DNA of 64,000 nucleotides from Candidatus Pacearchaeota archaeon (lineage in GTDB: Archaea > Nanobdellota > Nanobdellia > Pacearchaeales > GW2011-AR1): positions 22,593-86,592 of the forward strand of contig JAFCDZ010000002.1 in the NCBI GenBank assembly GCA_017609405.1, read 5' to 3'. Each line of letters begins with the position of its first letter. Within the stretch, counting starts at the first letter, position 1. This document shows, piece by piece, positions 49,592 through 59,950 of the stretch. Under the pieces are notes generated by a model. The model was not told the DNA's origin. It did not search any database and was given only the letters and a program-made list of their open reading frames with translations. Position numbers and translations under genes: made by a program.

Positions 49592-51829
49592 CTATTCAAC
49601 AATTTTAAACGAGATTCCTGGATTTTCATTTACACCAAAGATATATATCTCTGTGTTATTGTATAAAAGAGTAAAATAATTTTCATTGAAAAATACATCT
49701 CTTAAATCTTCTTTTCTTATTACTATTACTGCCGAATCTATTCTACTTTCTCTTTCAATCCACTCTTTTGAGAATCTTTTTTCACAGATTCCTTTAATCC
49801 CTAAAACACAGGGTCCATAAAATTTTGTATACATTTCATTATTTAGTATATCTTTTATTTTTGAATAAGTTCTGAGAGAGTCCTCTTGTGAGAAAATAGA
49901 TGAAACAAGCCTGTTCATAAACTTCTTTTCTTCACTTTGCCCAACAGGTTTAATATATGGCATTATTTTTAATCCCGATATTGACGCTAATTGATAATAT
50001 GTTAAAATATCAATAGAAGATTTTGCAGGAGATATTATGATTGTATCTTTTGTTAAATGCTTACTCATCCAATTTCCAGCATTATAACAAGAAGGTTCAA
50101 CCGTACTATAATAACCATTTTCATTCTCCCACCACTTCATATAGGAAAAACTTGGAATAATACTAAACATAATGATTGTGGAAAACACCATAATTAAGGT
50201 TATCTTCTTAAAATAATCAAGATAACTTTTCTTTTTTGTAGGAAATAGGTAAAGAACTTCTATTGATTTTCCAATAAATAATGACATAAACACTATTAAA
50301 ATTCCAAAAGACCTATACACCCCAATATCTAATAAAAATAAACTTATTCCAGTTAAAACAATAAGAACCCCCAATAAAGGTCTAATCTCTCTTTTTGAAT
50401 CAATTAGATAATATAACAGACCAAAGAAAAAAAACAACCAGAAAAAAAGATTAATATAAACATTTCCAAAAGAATTATCCAAAACTCTTTTTTTTGTAAA
50501 AATACCAACAAGGTCTTTTATTCTTTCATTAAATGTTTGATAAAGAACAGAGTTAGTATTTGTATGAACTAAAAAATTAGTTATCTTTGCGATATTTAAG
50601 ATACCAAAAAATTGTAAAAATGCTAATAAGAATAATGTCATAAATAAAATAACAAGAAGAATGTCTCCTATTTTTGGAAATCTGTCTTCAAGAAATATAA
50701 AGAATAAATAAACTAAAAGGATAACACTAACTAAAAGACCCATTAAAATATGATTAAAGAATAAAATACTAATAATTAAAATTATAATAAAATAATACTC
50801 TTTCTTGTTTCCTTTTATAAAAAAAGTTGATATAAGAATTAAAAAAACAATAATTGAAACTATCAAATAATGAATCGGGCCAATTGAAAAAAGATTAAAA
50901 ATTTTGTTAGACATTATTCCAAAAAGTAAAAGAATAATTGTGCCAAAAACAGAGAAGGATTTAATAATATCTTCCCTATTTTCTTTTTCACATACTTCTT
51001 TTTTAAAATATCTATTTATCATACCAAATATAAATGGGGTTGAAATAAAGATTATTGATTTTGGAGCAACTAAGAATGGTGAACCAATCTCTCTTGTTGA
51101 AAGGATTATTAAGAAGCAAAAAGAGATAAGAAAAGATATCTCTCTTTTTATTCTAAAGCCATTTAAGAAATAAAAGATGCCTGTTAAAAAAAGAAATGGG
51201 AATAAAAAGTGAGCATAGAACCAGCCAAGGGAGAAAACATCAAGATTATATAAATAAGAATTAAGAGCAATAAAAATTGAAATACTATCAATATAAGCAA
51301 AACTTCTGAAAATCTGTGAATAATTTAAAACATAATTTGCTAAATGGGCGTGGGTGTATAAAAAATCCCAAGTTACCCACAACGGGAATTTATTAAATCT
51401 CAAAACAAATAACGAAACACCAAAGGATAGAATTAACAAAATAAAAAAAGTAATCAAAGAATTTCGCGATACCTCAATGAAATTTTCCTCTTTTTTCAAA
51501 AATTTATAAAAGTAATAAACAAAATAAAATCCAAAAATAATAACTGAAAGATTAAATAAATTAAACAGGTTAATAGAATACAAAGATATAGCAAGACCTA
51601 TTATTAATAAAAATCCGAGAGACCATGAAATAAAAAAATAACCAATAAAATCAATTTTCTTTTTGATTTTTCCGAGGTTCTCCAAAAAAATATTTCCCAT
51701 CAAATAGGGCAAGATAATAAAAAAGGGAATAGCAAAAATTGCTTTTAAAATAATTGAAGATAAGAAAAAACTAATCATAATACTTATCAGAGTATATAAA
51801 AAAAATATTTTCTCTAATTTTATTCTCAT
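49592..51829 (-). CDS. large polytopic membrane protein, GT-C-like (possible divergent oligosaccharyl/glycosyl transferase)
   Basis: At least 13 hydrophobic helices followed by a soluble C-terminal domain that begins KWWENENGYY. The gene lies inside a glycosyltransferase cluster. The family assignment is tentative. Confidence 0.4.
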   Translation of the reverse strand: MRIKLEKIFFLYTLISIMISFFLSSIILKAIFAIPFFIILPYLMGNIFLENLGKIKKKIDFIGYFFISWSLGFLLIIGLAISLYSINLFNLFNLSVIIFGFYFVYYFYKFLKKEENFIEVSRNSLITFFILLILSFGVSLFVLRFNKFPLWVTWDFLYTHAHLANYVLNYSQIFRSFAYIDSISIFIALNSYLYNLDVFSLGWFYAHFLFPFLFLTGIFYFLNGFRIKREISFLISFCFLIILSTREIGSPFLVAPKSIIFISTPFIFGMINRYFKKEVCEKENREDIIKSFSVFGTIILLLFGIMSNKIFNLFSIGPIHYLIVSIIVFLILISTFFIKGNKKEYYFIIILIISILFFNHILMGLLVSVILLVYLFFIFLEDRFPKIGDILLVILFMTLFLLAFLQFFGILNIAKITNFLVHTNTNSVLYQTFNERIKDLVGIFTKKRVLDNSFGNVYINLFFWLFFFFGLLYYLIDSKREIRPLLGVLIVLTGISLFLLDIGVYRSFGILIVFMSLFIGKSIEVLYLFPTKKKSYLDYFKKITLIMVFSTIIMFSIIPSFSYMKWWENENGYYSTVEPSCYNAGNWMSKHLTKDTIIISPAKSSIDILTYYQLASISGLKIMPYIKPVGQSEEKKFMNRLVSSIFSQEDSLRTYSKIKDILNNEMYTKFYGPCVLGIKGICEKRFSKEWIERESRIDSAVIVIRKEDLRDVFFNENYFTLLYNNTEIYIFGVNENPGISFKIVE

Positions 51830-51830
51830 T

Positions 51831-53066
51831 TTATTTCCCCTCTTTTTTGTTATGTAATGATAATTTTTTATAAATCTTTTCAATTTTTTCAATTATCTTT
51901 TTTTCATTAAACTTTTTTACAAAATCCCTATAAGCATTTTTTCCCATTTTTTTTAGAATTTTTTTATTTTTCATGAGCTTATTTAATATCTCCTTTAATT
52001 GTCTTTTATCTCCAACATTAAATAAATATCCATTATAACCCTCTTTTATTAATTCTGGATTCCCTCCAATATTTGTTGCAACTACAGGGATTTCGCTTCT
52101 AAAATTCTCTAAAATTGACATCGAGCAGTTTTCAAAATAAATTGAAGGGACAATTCCAACATCCATTTCTTTTCTAAATTCTTCTAATTTTTCATTTTTT
52201 ATATTTCCGTAAAAAATTATTCTTTTGTCATTTTCAGCAATTTTTTTAAAATAATCTTTTATCTTCTTTCGCCCTTCTCCAAAAAAATGTATTCTTATGT
52301 TATTATCTTTTATTTCTTTGACTGCTCTTATTATGGTTTGTCCACCTTTGTGTAATTGATATCCTCCTGTAAAAATAATATCAAAAGTTTTTTTCTTCTC
52401 ATCACTTTTTTTATTTTTTTTATCCTCTAAAAAATTATATATGACTTCTTTTTTTGAATTTTTGAAAAACCCTTCTTTTTCATAAATATCCTTTATTGCT
52501 TTTGTAGGAAAAATAACCACTTCTGGTTTTGCTATCATCTTGTTTATTTTTGAATATGCTTTTGATATCATCTTGTAAACAAAACTATTCATTAAGGGAT
52601 ATCTTATTCCAGCAATTTCATCTAATTCAGGTAAATTATTCATTGGGAAAATCAGGTTTATGCTATGTATTGTTACAATAATTGGTATATGTGCTCTTTT
52701 CACTGCAGAATAAACAGAGAGAGATAAATAAGGAATTTCATGTATATGGACCACATCTGGTTTTTCTTTTTCTAATATCTTTTTTATTTTAAAATAGGAG
52801 TCCGGATTCCAAAAATTTAAAACAAAGGTTCTTAATCTTCCCATTAAAGAAATCTTATTTCTTCTTAAAAAAGGAATCCATACGCCAAAAGGATAAATGC
52901 GATATATTTTTATTCCTTGGCTATCTTTAAAAAAGCTTTTTCCAGTTGTTATTATTATAACCTCATGCCCCCTTCTTTTTAGAGACTCTGCAAGTATCTT
53001 AGTATATATAGTTGAGCCACCAATTTCATAAGGAGGATATGCAAAATTAATCAGGCAGATTTTCAT
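51831..53066 (-). CDS. GT4-family glycosyltransferase
   Basis: The N-terminal MKICLINFAYPPYEIGGS pattern and a C-terminal GT-B block (PSIYFENCSMSILENFRSEIPVVATNIGGNPELI). Confidence 0.8.
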   Translation of the reverse strand: MKICLINFAYPPYEIGGSTIYTKILAESLKRRGHEVIIITTGKSFFKDSQGIKIYRIYPFGVWIPFLRRNKISLMGRLRTFVLNFWNPDSYFKIKKILEKEKPDVVHIHEIPYLSLSVYSAVKRAHIPIIVTIHSINLIFPMNNLPELDEIAGIRYPLMNSFVYKMISKAYSKINKMIAKPEVVIFPTKAIKDIYEKEGFFKNSKKEVIYNFLEDKKNKKSDEKKKTFDIIFTGGYQLHKGGQTIIRAVKEIKDNNIRIHFFGEGRKKIKDYFKKIAENDKRIIFYGNIKNEKLEEFRKEMDVGIVPSIYFENCSMSILENFRSEIPVVATNIGGNPELIKEGYNGYLFNVGDKRQLKEILNKLMKNKKILKKMGKNAYRDFVKKFNEKKIIEKIEKIYKKLSLHNKKEGK

Positions 53067-53067
53067 T

Positions 53068-53526
53068 TTAAAATATCTCTCCAAAATAAATCCTTCTTTT
53101 TTTATCTAATTTCTCTAATTCATAAAAAAGAGAGAGTATTAAAACAAATAATATAACAAAAAAAAGGATTATCTCAATTGAAAAAGAAATTTTATAAATT
53201 AAGCAAGAAGTTATAATCACTGCTAAAGTAATTATGCTTATAATTAAAACTTTTAATTTTTCTTCTCTTGTTAGGATAATTCTTTTTATATCAAAATAAT
53301 CAAAATCTTCATCAAAATAATCTAATTCTCTTTTTTTAATTTTTCTTTTTTCTAAAAAAAGCGAGAAAATAAATAAACTTAAACTTGTGATAAACAACAA
53401 GACAGGATTAAAATAATTCCTCATTGAAGGGAAAAATAAAGATATAAAAAAAAGAAATATAAAAAAACTAATCAAATATGCTGAGAGGTCTTTTATTAGA
53501 TATTCAATAAATTTTATCTTTTTCAT
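53068..53526 (-). CDS. hypothetical membrane protein
   Basis: Four hydrophobic helices. The ATG at 53526 abuts the upstream stop. Confidence 0.45.
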   Translation of the reverse strand: MKKIKFIEYLIKDLSAYLISFFIFLFFISLFFPSMRNYFNPVLLFITSLSLFIFSLFLEKRKIKKRELDYFDEDFDYFDIKRIILTREEKLKVLIISIITLAVIITSCLIYKISFSIEIILFFVILFVLILSLFYELEKLDKKRRIYFGEIF

Positions 53527-53527
53527 T

Positions 53528-54931
53528 TTAAAAAGATATCTTCGATGGCCCCTTATTATCATATATTCTTAGAATATCATACTTAAAGAATTCTTCAATC
53601 TTACCTATATTTCCAATAAGTTTTAAATTCTTTTCAGAACTATTTATCTGTTTGACAAATTTGATCTCTTTTATTATCTTGCATTTATTATTTTCACACT
53701 CTTCTATCTTTTTATATTGATCTTTTTTTACACTATCTACTTTTGTTTTATTATCTTCATAGATAAAAATAATGTATTTATAATTTTCAAAAAATTTAAT
53801 TCCACAAGCAATAGGTTTTATTGTTTTTGATTCATCCTGTTTATGATAAAAAGGGAATATCTCTATGAATCTTTTATTTTTATAGACTTTTACAGAAACC
53901 CCTGCTTTAATAGATAAATCATCTTTATTTGTCCAAGAAACAATCATTTCATAACCTTTATTTTTGTTATCTTCTGTTAGTTCTGAGATTATTATGTCTT
54001 TTCTTGCATTCTTATAATCTAACCAACTTTCGTTATGTTCCTTTTTAGTATCTTCAGACAATACTCTTTTCCATTTACCATCAATATTAAAAATCAATTC
54101 CCACGGAGAAATATAAAAAATTTCTCTGTTTTCATTGAATATATGTATTCCATCAGTATTTTTTCTTGATGTTGCTATCTCAAAAAAATAATCTTCATCA
54201 TCTTTTTTTTCATCTATCTTTATGAAGATTTTTTTTGTTTTGTTGTATAATCCATAAACTCTTGTTAGATAAATTAATGAATTTGAATCTGTATATATTT
54301 TATTAAAGGAGCCAAAGATATCTGCAGAGTAGTTATCTGATTCTAATGAGATATAATCTCTTGTGTTTTGAGGTATTTTTATCCTATCTAAATTTATAAA
54401 TCCTTTTCTATCATTCAAGTTTATTATTCTTCCATTTTGAAGAACTAATTTATCAAATTTCTCTGGCCAGTTCTTTTTGTTTACCAAACCTAAGCTATGC
54501 TCTTCTATTTTTTCTGGTCTTGAAAAATTTCCATCAATTTCATAGGTTATTAAACTTCCTTCTAATGAATAAACTTCTCTTACAAATGAGGGGTCTTTTG
54601 TTTTATTTGAGTATTCAATTATTAATTTATTCATTTCAACATTTATTTTTTTGTTATCTTCACCACTAAACCAAGATTTTTTTCCAGAAGGGCTATAAAT
54701 TAATTTTTCCACCCCATTGTATTTTAACAAGGATTGCCATGGGCTTATTACAAACAATTTTTGATTATTAACATAGACATTAATGTATGGCTCCTTAGTA
54801 ATTTTATCAACTTCAATAACCATATCTCTATTTTTTATAACATAAGGAGTATTCCTTGGACTGAGAGCAAATAAAATAACTAAAATCAGAAACAATACAA
54901 AACTCACCTCTCTTATTTTATTTTTATTCAT
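53528..54931 (-). CDS. hypothetical secreted/anchored protein
   Basis: 467 aa with an N-terminal hydrophobic anchor. No family recognised. Confidence 0.5.
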   Translation of the reverse strand: MNKNKIREVSFVLFLILVILFALSPRNTPYVIKNRDMVIEVDKITKEPYINVYVNNQKLFVISPWQSLLKYNGVEKLIYSPSGKKSWFSGEDNKKINVEMNKLIIEYSNKTKDPSFVREVYSLEGSLITYEIDGNFSRPEKIEEHSLGLVNKKNWPEKFDKLVLQNGRIINLNDRKGFINLDRIKIPQNTRDYISLESDNYSADIFGSFNKIYTDSNSLIYLTRVYGLYNKTKKIFIKIDEKKDDEDYFFEIATSRKNTDGIHIFNENREIFYISPWELIFNIDGKWKRVLSEDTKKEHNESWLDYKNARKDIIISELTEDNKNKGYEMIVSWTNKDDLSIKAGVSVKVYKNKRFIEIFPFYHKQDESKTIKPIACGIKFFENYKYIIFIYEDNKTKVDSVKKDQYKKIEECENNKCKIIKEIKFVKQINSSEKNLKLIGNIGKIEEFFKYDILRIYDNKGPSKISF

Positions 54932-55228
54932 ATCTTAATAAGTTTCTTCTTGTTTTTAAGTTTAACTTTTAGCTAAGTTCTATTGAAAATTTTCGTGTTA
55001 ATTGTATAAATATTCTAAGGTAGGCTCAGTACTTAGAGTTATCCCAATAATCTTTATGACTACAGTGTTCAGTGGGCATAGTTTGGATAACAATTTTAAG
55101 AGAATTTTTTATAGTGTTTCTTATTCTGTTCAACCTAACACTAAAACATCTATAAACCAAACCAGAAATGTTGAATTTATCTTTTTAGGCCTAATTAAAT
55201 ATTTAAATAACTTAATTTTTTTTAAGTA

Positions 55229-56047
55229 ATGGAAGAATGTAAAACAATTGTTATACTTGGATATGGAAGATCTGGAACATCTCTTGTTGCAGGAATCTTG
55301 AATAGTCTTGGAATAAATATGGGTGAAAGATTATATGAAAAAGATTCTTTTAATCCTTTGGGTTATTTTGAAGATGTTGATTTTATGTGGTTGAATAACG
55401 AGATTCTTGAAAGAGTATTACAAAAGAATTCAATTTACGATGGATTTAATAATCTTCCACCAAAAAGGGAAGAAATCTTGAAACAGAATAAAAAATTCTC
55501 TAAAAAAATAAGGAAACTAATAAAAAAGAAGAACAAATCAAAAGTCTGGGGATGGAAGCATCCTCTAACAGCTTTAACAATAGACCTTTTTTTACCTTAT
55601 TTAAGGAATCCCTATTTTATTGTTTGTAAAAGGAGAAAGACAGATATCATAAAATCTGTTCTTAAAATTAAAAAAAACAATATAAACCACATATCAAAAG
55701 TAATAGATGCTTATAATGAAAGGATAAATAATTTTTTTACAAGGCATAAACACCTTAAAAAATTAGAGGTAAAATATGAGAATCTTATCAAAACACCTCA
55801 AAAAGAAATTAGAAAAATAATTGATTTTCTTGAAATTTCTCCAACAAAAGAAGAGTTTGAAAAAGCAGTTAGGATGGTCTTACCTAAGAAAAGAATTAAA
55901 AGATTCTCAAATAAACTAAAAAATGATAAAAAAATAAAATTAAAGAGGTTAATTTATTATTTCAGATGGTGTGTTAATTATCCTAATAAATTTTTAAGAA
56001 TTCCAAGAGTGCTTTATAGAAGAATATTTAATATTTCCAATACTTAA
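55229..56047 (+). CDS. sulfotransferase-family protein
   Basis: The N-terminal VILGYGRSGTSLVAGIL resembles the PAPS 5'-phosphosulfate-binding loop of bacterial sulfotransferases. Size and basic composition are consistent with that family. Confidence 0.5.
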   Translation: MEECKTIVILGYGRSGTSLVAGILNSLGINMGERLYEKDSFNPLGYFEDVDFMWLNNEILERVLQKNSIYDGFNNLPPKREEILKQNKKFSKKIRKLIKKKNKSKVWGWKHPLTALTIDLFLPYLRNPYFIVCKRRKTDIIKSVLKIKKNNINHISKVIDAYNERINNFFTRHKHLKKLEVKYENLIKTPQKEIRKIIDFLEISPTKEEFEKAVRMVLPKKRIKRFSNKLKNDKKIKLKRLIYYFRWCVNYPNKFLRIPRVLYRRIFNISNT

Positions 56048-57011
56048 CTTCTTTTTTAATTCCTTCTATAAGCGAGATGAATAATTTTTTTTGAAAAAGG
56101 TCTTTGTCTTTTATTTTTCTTCTTTTTTGTATCCATTTCCTTTTTTTGATTATTTTTTTTAAGTTCTTTAATACAAATATATTTGCATGAATAATTTTTT
56201 TAACTGATTTAAAATCAAGATGAATTGTGTATCTTAACATTTCTAAGGCATTATAAAGAGTAGTTATTATGAGAGAGATAACAAGATTATGGCCTTCAAA
56301 ATTTTTTATAGCAGTTTGTAATTGATTTTTTATTATATGAAATAAGAATTTTCTCCTCTTTTCTTCATCGTCATCCTTGTTTCTAAAAACAACTGCTTCT
56401 TCTGCCAAAACAACTTTGTGACCCATTAACCAAGCCCTCCAACAAAAGTCTACTTCTTCATTATACATGAAATATTCTTCATCAAAACCACCCAATTCTT
56501 CAAATAGCTTTTTTTCAATCAAGATAGAAGAACCACAAGCATATCCTAATTCCACCCCCTTAAGGTTCTTTTCCACTGTCCCTCCGCCTGTGAGGGTAAA
56601 GTATCCGCCTATAGTGTTTATATCATTTGTTTTTTTATCAACATTTTTTGAGCCAACAACTTTTATCTCTTTTTTAGATAATGCCTTTTTCATTAGTTCT
56701 TTTAACCAGTTTTTATCTACAATGATATCTTGATTTAAGAATACAATATAATCTCCTTTACAATATTTTACAACAAGGTTATTTCCTTTTGCATAACCAT
56801 AATTCTTATACAATTCTATTATCTTTATCTTTGGAAATTTTTTTCTTATCTCTTTGATAGAGTTATCTTCTGAATTATTATCTGCAACAATTATTTCATA
56901 TTTATTTTTTGGATATTCTATCTTTTTTAAAGATTCAATACACTTTGGTGTGAGATCCTTTCCATTATAATTTAAAACGACAATACTAACAAAAGGCATT
57001 ATCTGTTTCAT
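56028..57011 (-). CDS. GT2-family glycosyltransferase
   Basis: VSIVVLNYNGKDLT..IIVADNNSEDNS and a DxD-like region. The ATG at 57011 overlaps the upstream stop by 4 nt. Confidence 0.85.
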   Translation of the reverse strand: MKQIMPFVSIVVLNYNGKDLTPKCIESLKKIEYPKNKYEIIVADNNSEDNSIKEIRKKFPKIKIIELYKNYGYAKGNNLVVKYCKGDYIVFLNQDIIVDKNWLKELMKKALSKKEIKVVGSKNVDKKTNDINTIGGYFTLTGGGTVEKNLKGVELGYACGSSILIEKKLFEELGGFDEEYFMYNEEVDFCWRAWLMGHKVVLAEEAVVFRNKDDDEEKRRKFLFHIIKNQLQTAIKNFEGHNLVISLIITTLYNALEMLRYTIHLDFKSVKKIIHANIFVLKNLKKIIKKRKWIQKRRKIKDKDLFQKKLFISLIEGIKKEVKYWKY

Positions 57012-58192
57012 TTTATTGCTCGAGCACTTTCTGCGGTTTTCCATTTGATATATTCTTTTCCTTTGAAATATTCCTTCCATGAAATTAGGATTATTACTTC
57101 AATTAAAGTTAAAAATTCAATGATTGAGATAATTTTATTTTTCTTCTTTTTTGTTTCTAAATATAAAATGAATATAAGAGATAACAACAAGAATTCAAAT
57201 AAGATTATTAATAAGAATATTTTATTTAATAAAATAATAATCCCGATTCCTGAGAAGATTATTCCAAGAACTAAAAAAGGAGATAGTAAGGGAATAATCT
57301 TAATTGAAAAGATTGAAAGAAAGACTAATGGATATTTTAGAATATTCATAAGTCTAATATTTTTTCTAATGATCTTTATTGTTTCAACAAGAGTTCTTTT
57401 CTTTTGTAAAATAAAATCCTCCTTGTTTTTAACAGAGTATTTCTCAGCTTTTATTGAAGTTTCATAGAAATTTTTATAGCCTTTTTTTATTATTAGTAAA
57501 CCAAACTCCCAGTCAGATAATGAGAAATATCCTTCTTTTCTTGCAATTAATTTCTTCCTAAACGCTTGAAACCACCCATAAGAATTTGTAAAACAACCAA
57601 TTTTACTTTCATTTTTATAGATAAATTGAAGATAATCTTGATGAATTTTTGAGCCAAAACTTTCTGGTGTTTTTTCGTTTGTTATATATGAATATCTTGA
57701 ACCTACACCCCCAATTTTTTTATCTTTAAAGTGTCTAAGAGAAGCTTTTAATATGTTCTTTTCTAAAAAAGCATTTGCATCAGTAATAACAATTATATCA
57801 TATCTTGAATTTTTTATTCCACTTTTTATTGCCTTACTCTTTCCTTCTCTTTCTTGTCTTATTATTTTTAAGTTCTTCAACTTATTTTTTTCTTTGATTT
57901 TTCTTACTGTTTCATAAGTTTTATCCTCTGAGCCATCATCAACAATGATTATCTCATATTTTGTTTTTGGATAATCTAACTGTAATGTATTTTCTATTTT
58001 TTTCTTAATGACTTTCTCCTCATTATAGCAAGGAATTATAATTGAAACCTCGGGTTGATAATTATCATCATATTCATATTTTTCCTTTATTATTTTTGAT
58101 AAAACCCATATAAAGAGGGGGTAACCTATAATTGACCATAACAACAAAGAAATACACATAACAAATATAATTAATAAAATTTGGAGTATCAT
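57008..58192 (-). CDS. membrane-embedded GT2 glycosyltransferase (processive-synthase-like topology)
   Basis: N-terminal TM helices, VSIIIPCYNEEKVI..IIIVDDGSEDKT, and C-terminal TM helices. Confidence 0.8.
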   Translation of the reverse strand: MILQILLIIFVMCISLLLWSIIGYPLFIWVLSKIIKEKYEYDDNYQPEVSIIIPCYNEEKVIKKKIENTLQLDYPKTKYEIIIVDDGSEDKTYETVRKIKEKNKLKNLKIIRQEREGKSKAIKSGIKNSRYDIIVITDANAFLEKNILKASLRHFKDKKIGGVGSRYSYITNEKTPESFGSKIHQDYLQFIYKNESKIGCFTNSYGWFQAFRKKLIARKEGYFSLSDWEFGLLIIKKGYKNFYETSIKAEKYSVKNKEDFILQKKRTLVETIKIIRKNIRLMNILKYPLVFLSIFSIKIIPLLSPFLVLGIIFSGIGIIILLNKIFLLIILFEFLLLSLIFILYLETKKKKNKIISIIEFLTLIEVIILISWKEYFKGKEYIKWKTAESARAIK

Positions 58193-59313
58193 TCTAATCC
58201 CATTATTCCTATCATCCACGATGAAAATATTATCTGTAATCCAGAGGTAATTAAGGTCATACTGACTATCATAAGTCTTACATGGTGCAGTTCCCCCTTT
58301 ATCCAAAAATTATATAAAATTGAAAGAAGCATGAAACCATTTAAAAAAATCAGGAATCCAATTAAACTCCCAATTTCTACAACACCTTTTTTCTTTAAAA
58401 TTCTTATTGTGAAATTTTCTTCTATTATTTGTTTTGAATATAAATATGCCTTTGAAAAGATCCAAAAAAAGAGGATTTGTAATCCAAGGATAAAGAGAAA
58501 TGAGCCAATGATAAGAGGATGAATATCAAGTGGCATTGAAAATAAAAAGACTTCTTTTCTAACTAATAAAAGCATTAAGAATAATCCAAATAACAGGAAA
58601 AAAGTTCCTGGTAAAAGAAATAACCAATCTGGAGCAAGTAAAAGCATAAATCTTAGATGTCTCCATCCATCGCGAAAAGTTCTTAATTTTGATTCAGAAT
58701 CCTTATGTCTCGGATTATATCTTACTGGGATTTCTTTTATTTTGATTTTTTCTTTTGATACTTTTGCCATAATTTCAGAAGCAAATTCCATTCCACCAGA
58801 ATTCAAATTTATTTTTTTTAAAGCATTTCTTGATATTGCTTTAAATCCACAATGAACATCAGAGAATTTTGTTTTGAAAAAAAGGTTAAATAAAAAGGTG
58901 AGTATTGGATTTCCAATGTATCTATGTAAAAAGGACATCTTTTTAGAAGAGGTTTTATCCTTGAATCTGCTTCCATTCACAAACTCATAACCTTTGTTAA
59001 TCATTTGTTCTAGGAACTTTGGAATATCTCGTGGATCATGCTGTCCGTCAGCATCCATCATTATGATATACTTACCTTTTGCATCTCTTAAGCCCCTTAA
59101 AAGAGCATTACCATATCCTCTTTTCTCTTCAAAAATGACCTTTGCTCCTGCTTTTTTTGCCTCTTTCTCAGAATTATCAGTTGAATTATTATTAACAACA
59201 ATTATCTCATAACTTAAACCTTCTTTTTCAAGAATTTTTTTTGTGTCTTTTATAAGATTTCTTATAGTTTTTTCTTCATTTAGACAAGGTATTACAATAG
59301 ACACTTCAACCAT
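58189..59313 (-). CDS. GT2 polyprenyl/dolichyl-phosphate glycosyltransferase-like protein with a C-terminal membrane domain
   Basis: VSIVIPCLNEEKTI..IIVVNNNSTDNS..MMDADGQHDP, followed by 4 TM helices. Confidence 0.8.
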   Translation of the reverse strand: MVEVSIVIPCLNEEKTIRNLIKDTKKILEKEGLSYEIIVVNNNSTDNSEKEAKKAGAKVIFEEKRGYGNALLRGLRDAKGKYIIMMDADGQHDPRDIPKFLEQMINKGYEFVNGSRFKDKTSSKKMSFLHRYIGNPILTFLFNLFFKTKFSDVHCGFKAISRNALKKINLNSGGMEFASEIMAKVSKEKIKIKEIPVRYNPRHKDSESKLRTFRDGWRHLRFMLLLAPDWLFLLPGTFFLLFGLFLMLLLVRKEVFLFSMPLDIHPLIIGSFLFILGLQILFFWIFSKAYLYSKQIIEENFTIRILKKKGVVEIGSLIGFLIFLNGFMLLSILYNFWIKGELHHVRLMIVSMTLITSGLQIIFSSWMIGIMGLE

Positions 59314-59789
59314 AATTTATGGTATTTATTTCTCTATTAAACATTTTCTATGTTGCTCTATATGTTTCTTAATCCCTTTTTAATGAACGCCGCGGTCTTT
59401 AGTAGTCTTAATTCTTGCTTCAACATTACAATTATGCACTTCAATTTTATTATTTACCCTTTGAACCTTCTACCCAGTTTGTTATTAAAAAATAAATCAA
59501 GGGCTTAAAGTCATTTAACCTTATTGCAGAATAGATGATGACATAAAGATTTCCAACAACAAATAAAACAAATAGAACTCTAAAGATTTGATGTAAGGAT
59601 ATAAACGCATAAAATAAAATTCCAACTATTAAATCAATAGCAATTCTCTTAAGTGTTTCTCATCCTTATAGAAATTAAAAAAATTTCATTTTCTCGCAAG
59701 CCCGCACATTCGAACTCTCCTCCTTCGAATCTCAATGGATATGACTAAATAAACTAATATTCATTTGTCCGTGGCTAAGAATTCCATGA

Positions 59790-59801
59790 AACGCCCCGGC
59801 C
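59790..59801 (-). repeat. 12-nt duplicate of the tRNA-Glu 3' end
   Basis: aacgccccggcc is identical to 59949-59960 (acceptor 3' strand, discriminator and 2 nt of trailer). The GC-rich match is short, so this is weaker evidence than at the Lys and Ile loci. Confidence 0.5.
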
Positions 59802-59950
59802 TACTCAAGCCTGCACTCGTATTGATATTCTTTTATTTTTAAATTGTCTCGTGCAAACTTTCGGATTCGAATTATATAATCCTTGAGTATAATCCAAAAC
59901 TCTGCAGGGAAATAATATCCATCTTCTTCTCTTCTTCCTGGATATTATAA

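Noticed and set aside
49592-51829. Calling the 745-aa membrane protein an AglB/STT3 oligosaccharyltransferase
   Set aside because: The only hint is WWENENG at the membrane/soluble-domain boundary, which does not match the WWDYG consensus. It is kept as a generic GT-C-like candidate.
55002-55229. 75-aa plus-strand ORF in the spacer upstream of the sulfotransferase gene
   Set aside because: It uses a TTG start and covers the intergenic bipartite motif copy (55063-55139). Its composition is atypical, so the region more likely holds regulatory or non-coding sequence.
59450-59650. Hydrophobic minus-strand reading frame of about 65 codons (..IAIDLIVGILFYAFISLHQIF...WVEGSKGK) between tRNA-Glu and the GT2 operon
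   Set aside because: The frame is open, but it has no ATG, GTG or TTG start near its beginning. It could be the remnant of a small membrane protein (GtrA-like position), which cannot be supported from sequence alone.
59690-59880. Possible additional tRNA or split tRNA, suggested by ttcgaa T-loop-like strings
   Set aside because: None of the candidate T-loops has complementary 5-bp flanks, and no acceptor or anticodon arms could be folded on either strand.
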